Below are positions 37,262 through 43,938 of a stretch of 43,938 nt of DNA, in pieces. The DNA is taken from assembly GCA_049975305.1 (NCBI GenBank), contig JBNGDT010000004.1, positions 1 to 43,938 on the forward strand, read 5' to 3'. The notes beneath the pieces are model-generated. The model saw nothing but the letters and a program-made list of their open reading frames with translations, had not been told where the DNA came from and made no database searches. The stretch's first letter is position 1, and each line of letters starts with the position of its first letter. The position numbers were made by a program, and so were the translations under genes. This DNA is from Bacteroidales bacterium. GTDB taxonomy: Bacteria; Bacteroidota; Bacteroidia; Bacteroidales; ML635J-15.

Positions 37262-37845
37262 TTGGGCGTGCCCCTTATTTGTTTTTTAATCCTTTCTACC
37301 CCAAAGACCTTTTCTAAAGTTTTAAACTTTAGAAAAGATGGGTAGAAAGGATTAAAAAACAAATAAGGGTCGGTCTTCGGCTATTAGCTGCTTTGCTTCG
37401 CCTTCAGCCTGCGATGCTGTGAGCAGGAGCTTCCGCTGGTCGCTCTGCCACAGCACCAGGCTGTAAGGCTCATCTTCAGCAGGCTAACCCTGTCTGTCGG
37501 CAGGCAGGCACCTCCGCCCTCACGCGTGAGTGGCGATAGCACGATAGCAAGATTGAGTGATGGTGAGATAGCACGAGAGGGTGAAGGAACGAAAGCACGA
37601 ATGCGTGATGGAACGATGGGGAGATGATGTGATTGGAGAGACGGAGAAATATAGTGATAGCATGATAGCGAGATAGCACGACAGAACAAAATGGAAGAAA
37701 TAAAAACACATAAATCACTATGTACACGAATCCAGACCAATGGAAATTATGAGAATCTCATTTAATCATATATTATCTCACCATCGTGCCATCGTGCTAT
37801 CATGCAATCGTGACTATGCGGTGAGCAGATACTTTTGTTGATATT
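37262..37845. repeat. Composite non-coding element: long hairpins plus inverted 8-mer arrays
   Basis: Perfect 30-bp arms (37272-37301 / 37340-37369) around an inner 14-bp-arm palindrome. A second hairpin at about 37387-37485, the palindrome cctgtctgtcggcaggcagg (37489-37508), about 20 GCACGATA-like 8-mers (37531-37700), and inverted copies (37774-37813). Confidence 0.85.
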
Positions 37846-37938
37846 CATTTATTTATATGTTTTAGTTAGGATTTGCAAATTACCCGGCAGATGTTAATTT
37901 TGTTGTGATAAACAAAAATGTGTTGAAATGACATCTTT

Positions 37939-38739
37939 ATGAAAACATACCAGGACAACCTCTTGAAGATGCGTACAGAAGCCACGCAACCTGTGTCATA
38001 TTTTCTTCAGATGGAAGGAGAAAAGATTCACGTCAATGATTTATTAGACCATACTTTAGGCATTCAGTACAAACATAAAATCAATTGCATCGCCTGTGGT
38101 GCCGAAACCAACAAGTCATTTCACCAGGGGTATTGCTACTCGTGTTTTACCACTTTACCACAGACTGATGTGGGGATACTGCACCCAGAAAAGGACCGTT
38201 CCCATGAAGGCATTTCCAGGGATATGGAATGGGCAAAAAAGAACATGCTGGTTGACCATTATGTGTATCTGTCGCTGACCAGCAATTTAAAAGTAGGTGT
38301 AACCCGTGCCAAACAAGTTCCAACAAGATGGATAGATCAGGGGGCTTCACACGTTATACGTTTGGCAAAAACCCCTTACCGTAAATTGGCCGGCGACATT
38401 GAAGTGTTTTTAAAACAATACGTGTCCGACAAAACCAAATGGCAACAAATGTTGTTGTCTGCCGCCCCGGATATTGACCTGAAATCCAAAAAACTGGAAT
38501 TAAGTGAACGTTTACCTGATGGCCTGAAGGAATTTGTAAGCCTTGATAACAGAATTGAACATTTTATTTATCCCGGGCAGTATGGTTTTGATAACATTCA
38601 GCAAATAAACCTGGATAAGGAAGACAAATTCACAGGAAAACTGATTGCCATTCGCGGGCAATATCTGATTTTTGAACAGGGAATGGCCTTTAATGTAAGG
38701 AAACACAACGGGTACCTTGTGAAACTGGAAATCCAATAA
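37939..38739 (+). CDS. DUF2797 domain protein
   Basis: CIACG...SFHQGYCYSCF, HYVYL...LKVGVTR..QVPTRWIDQGA, GQYLIF, NVRKHNGY. Confidence 0.88.
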   Translation: MKTYQDNLLKMRTEATQPVSYFLQMEGEKIHVNDLLDHTLGIQYKHKINCIACGAETNKSFHQGYCYSCFTTLPQTDVGILHPEKDRSHEGISRDMEWAKKNMLVDHYVYLSLTSNLKVGVTRAKQVPTRWIDQGASHVIRLAKTPYRKLAGDIEVFLKQYVSDKTKWQQMLLSAAPDIDLKSKKLELSERLPDGLKEFVSLDNRIEHFIYPGQYGFDNIQQINLDKEDKFTGKLIAIRGQYLIFEQGMAFNVRKHNGYLVKLEIQ

Positions 38740-38742
38740 TTC

Positions 38743-39207
38743 ATGTCTAAAGAATATGATATATTTTTGGAAAAAGCACGAAGGTATTGCCTTCGCGCTG
38801 AGAAATCAGAGCATGATGTCAGACAAAAACTAATTGTATGGCAGGTGCCTGAAATATGGCATGATATGATTCTGAACAGCCTGAAAAAAGATAAGTTTGT
38901 GGATGAAAAGCGTTTTGTGAGAAGTTTTGTGCGGGATAAGTGTTATTTAAACAAATGGGGTCGCATAAAAATACGGTATCATCTTAGGCAGAAAAACATC
39001 CATGAAGAGTTGATTGAAACAGGCCTTAACGACATCGAAGAAGATAAATACCGGCAGATATATTGCGATGTGGCCAGGCAAAAACTGAAAAGTTTAAAAA
39101 GCAAAACCACAGATGCAAATACGTTGAAACAAAAATTGTTGCGGTTTTTATCTCAACGTGGGTTTGAAATTTCCTTGCTTGAAGATACTGATATTTTGAA
39201 GGAATAA
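38743..39207 (+). CDS. recX: Regulatory protein RecX
   Basis: RYC...E.SE.DVRQKL, FVDEKRF..SFVRDK...NKWGRIKI, KLLRFL.QRGFE. Confidence 0.9.
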   Translation: MSKEYDIFLEKARRYCLRAEKSEHDVRQKLIVWQVPEIWHDMILNSLKKDKFVDEKRFVRSFVRDKCYLNKWGRIKIRYHLRQKNIHEELIETGLNDIEEDKYRQIYCDVARQKLKSLKSKTTDANTLKQKLLRFLSQRGFEISLLEDTDILKE

Positions 39208-39264
39208 GGAGATCACTTCTTAACTATGAATTTGTCCTTTATACCGATAGCATGAGGGATTTAT

Positions 39265-40275
39265 TTATTTGTATGCGTACGGATTTTCAGGCCGGAAATC
39301 GCCATAGGTGTCTTTGATGGTTTCAAGCAAGGCATAAATTTCCCAGGGATCTGTGCTGGTAACGAGTTTCATACGCAGGGGTTTGAAATTTGGAATGCCT
39401 TTAAAATACAGTGAAAAATGTTTACGCATCTCAAAAATGCCGCGTGGCAGTGCTTTGTGTTCCAGTGACAACGCAAAATGTTTTCTGGCAATATCTACTC
39501 TCTCAGCGACGGTTGGCAGAGGCAGGGATTTTCCAGTATCCAGGAAATGCTTAATTTCTTTAAAAATCCATGGTCTCCCAATGCTTGCCCTGCCGATCAT
39601 TATTCCATCCACTTTATAAGTGTCAAAATATTCCCTGGCCATTTCCCCGGAACGGATATCCCCATTCCCGATGACGGGAATTTCAATATCGGGGTGTTCG
39701 TTCACGGCGCGGATGAGGTCCCAGTTGGCTTTGCCTTTGTACATTTGCGATCGTGTTCTGCCATGAATGGTAAGTGCTTTTATGCCGGCATCCTGCAGGC
39801 GTAGTGCAATCTCAATCACATTTTTGTTTTCCTCATCGTATCCCAGCCGGGTTTTTGCTGTCACAGGCAATGTGGTTGACTGCACTATCCGGCGTGTCAT
39901 CTCTTCCATGAGTTCAGGATTCTTCATCATGCCCGAGCCGGCACCACGGGCAGCAATTTTTTTTACAGGGCAGCCAAAATTCAGGTCAATGACATCGGGG
40001 TTGGCTTTTTCAACGATTTTTACCGATGCCAGCATGGGTTCAACAAGGTGCCCGTATATTTGTATGCCAATGGGGCGTTCGCTGTCATCAATGTTTAGTT
40101 TTTGCAGGCTTTTCCTGCCATTGCGGATGAGGCCGTCAGAGGATATAAATTCAGTGAACATCATATCGGCACCATACATTTTGCACATGTGCCTGAAGGA
40201 AGCATCTGTGATGTCTTCCATGGGAGCAAGCAATACAGGCTCGTCGTGAAGTGTTATGTTTCCGATTGTCAACAT
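39265..40275 (-). CDS. dusB: tRNA dihydrouridine synthase DusB
   Basis: LAPMEDITD, IDLNFGCPVKK, TIHGRTR, IGNGDI, GIMIGR. The true start is likely MLTIGNI at 40275, with a TATTTTTG -7 element at 40285-40292. Confidence 0.94.
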   Translation of the reverse strand: MLTIGNITLHDEPVLLAPMEDITDASFRHMCKMYGADMMFTEFISSDGLIRNGRKSLQKLNIDDSERPIGIQIYGHLVEPMLASVKIVEKANPDVIDLNFGCPVKKIAARGAGSGMMKNPELMEEMTRRIVQSTTLPVTAKTRLGYDEENKNVIEIALRLQDAGIKALTIHGRTRSQMYKGKANWDLIRAVNEHPDIEIPVIGNGDIRSGEMAREYFDTYKVDGIMIGRASIGRPWIFKEIKHFLDTGKSLPLPTVAERVDIARKHFALSLEHKALPRGIFEMRKHFSLYFKGIPNFKPLRMKLVTSTDPWEIYALLETIKDTYGDFRPENPYAYK

Positions 40276-40378
40276 GAATTGCGGCAAAAATACGAAGAAA
40301 AACAAAACGCCCCGCTTTATGTTTAGTGAATTCCAAAGTCTAAGTGTGTAGCGAAAATGTTTGAACAGGCACTCTTTT

Positions 40379-40524
40379 GCGGCCTGACGCAGGTGTAAAG
40401 CTTGTGACACTGCGGGCTGCGTATTTTGCCTTACAGGCAGAGCGACAGGAGAAGCTCCTGCCTGTAAGCATGCAAATACCAGGCTGCAGTGTTGCAACTT
40501 GAAACCGGAGGCAGATACAGCCGC
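40379..40524 (+). ncRNA. Candidate structured RNA or hairpin element (family not recognised)
   Basis: Nested pairings ttgtgacactgcgg/ctgcagtgttgcaa (mismatches all G-U on the + strand), gtattttgc/gcaaatac, cttacaggcag/ctgcctgtaag, and closing gcggc/gccgc. Confidence 0.4.
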
Positions 40525-40830
40525 CCAACAAATAAATTCCAAAAGACAAGCACCTAAACGGTACCTGCGCATGACGGGAAGACAAACAAAGCCAGTCCGG
40601 GTATTGATAGTTGTGCATGGGTTTACGCGAAAGGCAGGCTTAGTCAAGGGTTGTTACAGCGGCTTATGCCAATTTGTCATTTTGACAGTTATGTCTGCCA
40701 GATAAGATGGATAAAATATGTTATTTTGACCGATGTTTGGACAAAATCATTCATGGCATAATATTCGTAAAGGGGAGTGCAGTGAATAAGGAATAATTTA
40801 GTTAATCAATACGGAAACTTTAAAGAATAA

Positions 40831-42477
<1,647 letters not shown>

Positions 42478-42505
42478 TTATACACTTCAACATATATACC
42501 CACTA

Positions 42506-42540
42506 ATCAAAAAAAAGCCCTGCGGGGCTTTTTTTTTGAT
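42506..42540. terminator. Bidirectional intrinsic terminator
   Basis: atc-A-run-GCCC / TGCG / GGGC-T-run-gat between convergent genes. Confidence 0.9.
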
Positions 42541-42618
42541 TTGATATGAGACGAAGCAAAAAACTGTGATGTTAACCTAATGTTATTGGTTTACGCCGGA
42601 TACAATACAATATCTTTA

Positions 42619-43347
42619 TTAATATACGCCGATGCGATAAGATTTTAGTTTTTGTCTGTATTCCTGGTGTTTACCACCGGATAATGTTTCCAGCAGGCCG
42701 TAAAAATCTTTGCTGTGATTTTTGTGTACTGTGTGGGCAAGTTCATGCAAAATAATATAATCTATCAACTCATCAGGGAGCATCATGAGGTGAAGGCTAA
42801 AATGGAGTTTGTTTGTGGAAGAACATGACCCCCACCTTGTGCGCGCTCCCGTAATACCAACGCTTGAATAATGCAAACTATGTTGAGTTGCCAGGGTATG
42901 TACCCGCCCGGGAATATAGAGTTTTGCTTCATAACGCCACAGATGTTCAATGGCTTTGCGGATAAAATCCTGGATATCCTTATTTTCAACAGCTAATTGA
43001 GAGGGGACTTCCACAACAAGCAATTTGTCATTTTTTGGGTGGAAGTAATAACTTGCTGTGGTTGTATTTTTTCTGATAATATTTAAGCGGTAACCCCGGG
43101 TTTGAAAATCAATACCAGGACGAAAAACAGTTACATTTTGTATTTGTTGCTTAATTTTTTGTTTGGATACCAGTATTTTATCTTTGATGGAAATTATCAT
43201 GGCGCGGGCATCCCTGTATGATTGTCCCGGCGGGATACTCACTTCTACACTACCATCCTCCGATACACGGATGTTAAAATATTTTCTGGCTCTGCCATGC
43301 TTGTTAAGCCTTACAATACCTATGTCCGGAATGTGGATTTCTTTCAC
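42619..43347 (-). CDS. YgjP/DUF45 (M48/SprT-like) zinc metallo-hydrolase
   Basis: TRWGSCS, LIDYIILHELAH..HKNHSKDFY. Confidence 0.9.
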   Translation of the reverse strand: MKEIHIPDIGIVRLNKHGRARKYFNIRVSEDGSVEVSIPPGQSYRDARAMIISIKDKILVSKQKIKQQIQNVTVFRPGIDFQTRGYRLNIIRKNTTTASYYFHPKNDKLLVVEVPSQLAVENKDIQDFIRKAIEHLWRYEAKLYIPGRVHTLATQHSLHYSSVGITGARTRWGSCSSTNKLHFSLHLMMLPDELIDYIILHELAHTVHKNHSKDFYGLLETLSGGKHQEYRQKLKSYRIGVY

Positions 43348-43643
43348 GCCTGTTTTGTTGTTTTGTCAGCCAGATTGCTTATTTTTCTGAAAGCTTTGTC
43401 AACACTGGTTATTAAATCTTCGTGAATCTCATCAAATGCTTTTTTCTTTTCTTTTTTATCATCCAGCTTTCTGGCTTCATTTACACGCGAAATAAGCTCC
43501 CCGCGTTTTATCATCATATCTTTCATAATTTTGTCTGATGCTTTTGATTCATCAATGTTAACATGCTTGTGAATCATGCAGTCAGTTAGTACTTCATAAA
43601 TCAGGTAATTGATGTCTTTTTTTGTTTCTCTAACACTTGCCAT
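43344..43643 (-). CDS. Conserved Bacteroidota hypothetical protein
   Basis: MASVRETKKDINY...ELISRVN; all-helical, overlapping the next gene's start. Confidence 0.75.
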   Translation of the reverse strand: MASVRETKKDINYLIYEVLTDCMIHKHVNIDESKASDKIMKDMMIKRGELISRVNEARKLDDKKEKKKAFDEIHEDLITSVDKAFRKISNLADKTTKQA

Positions 43644-43938
43644 AGGTCTTTTTGTTTATTTATTGTGTAAAAGTACTGTTTTTTCAGGAAACATTAATTT
43701 GTTTTGATAAAAATGATTTTCTGTGCACTGATAGAGTTTATCTTAAAAGTTATTATGTGCTGTTTTTATAATTGAATCAAATTCAGTTGTTTAGCTGACA
43801 AAAAACTCGTGAATTTTTTGTAGAACAAAGATTAGGGGAGATGATGGCTGTATAGTTTATGCACGCAGATATTGAAAAGCGTAATAATTTTATATGATTA
43901 CTTAATGTTATACCTAAATTCATTTTTATAGCTAATTC

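Noticed and set aside
37384-37740. ORFs 37384..37740, 37476..37727 and 37520..37711
   Set aside because: They run through the repeat arrays, have low-complexity S/H/R/C translations and show no protein motifs.
37531-37813. CRISPR array interpretation of this and the other repeat arrays
   Set aside because: Units are 7-10 bp, degenerate, abutting and inverted, with no unique spacers. No cas genes are present.
40276-40647. N-terminal extension of DusB in the 460-aa ORF call, and overlapping ORFs 40340..40618 and 40499..40705
   Set aside because: DusB similarity starts at MLTIGNI (40275) and a -7 promoter box lies just upstream. The extension crosses the hairpin element and does not look like protein. 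None of these ORFs resembles GroES.
40340-40660. SRP RNA, RNase P RNA, tmRNA or group II intron
   Set aside because: I could not find the hallmark motifs (SRP GGAA-loop helix, GAGGAAAGUCC, tRNA-like ends, domain V) on either strand.
40754-40783. CIRCE operator upstream of groEL
   Set aside because: Only a partial right half-site (GAGTGC) is present, with no TTAGCACTC at the 9-nt spacing.

Overview
A 43.9-kb chromosomal window from an AT-rich member of the Bacteroidota, probably Bacteroidales/Marinilabiliales-like. This rests on TAnnTTTG -7 promoters, type IX secretion (T9SS) sorting domains, and the Bacteroidota forms of PurM and PyrF. Housekeeping genes (purM, prfA, pyrF, rpsT, radC, greA, recX, dusB, a groEL with no adjacent groES) are mixed with many envelope and T9SS-linked genes. 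Three things stand out. (1) An ECF sigma factor is translationally coupled to an anti-sigma-like membrane protein that ends in a type-B T9SS sorting domain, followed by two PorE-like paralogues. (2) An operon encodes a TonB-dependent-receptor-like barrel, a 1364-aa secreted protein with a T9SS-like C-terminal domain (CTD), and its own PorV-family protein. Past the terminator lies an orphan, diverged copy of that protein's CTD, sharing a 35/36-nt junction block with the main gene. (3) A dispersed family of intergenic elements built from inverted arrays of 7-, 8- and 10-mer units and long hairpins. Also present are a candidate structured RNA between dusB and groEL, a terminator in the greA leader and a decapitated XRE-regulator remnant. 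I saw no rRNA, tRNA, CRISPR array, transposase, integrase or reverse transcriptase. All family assignments come from motif recognition by eye, not from database searches.
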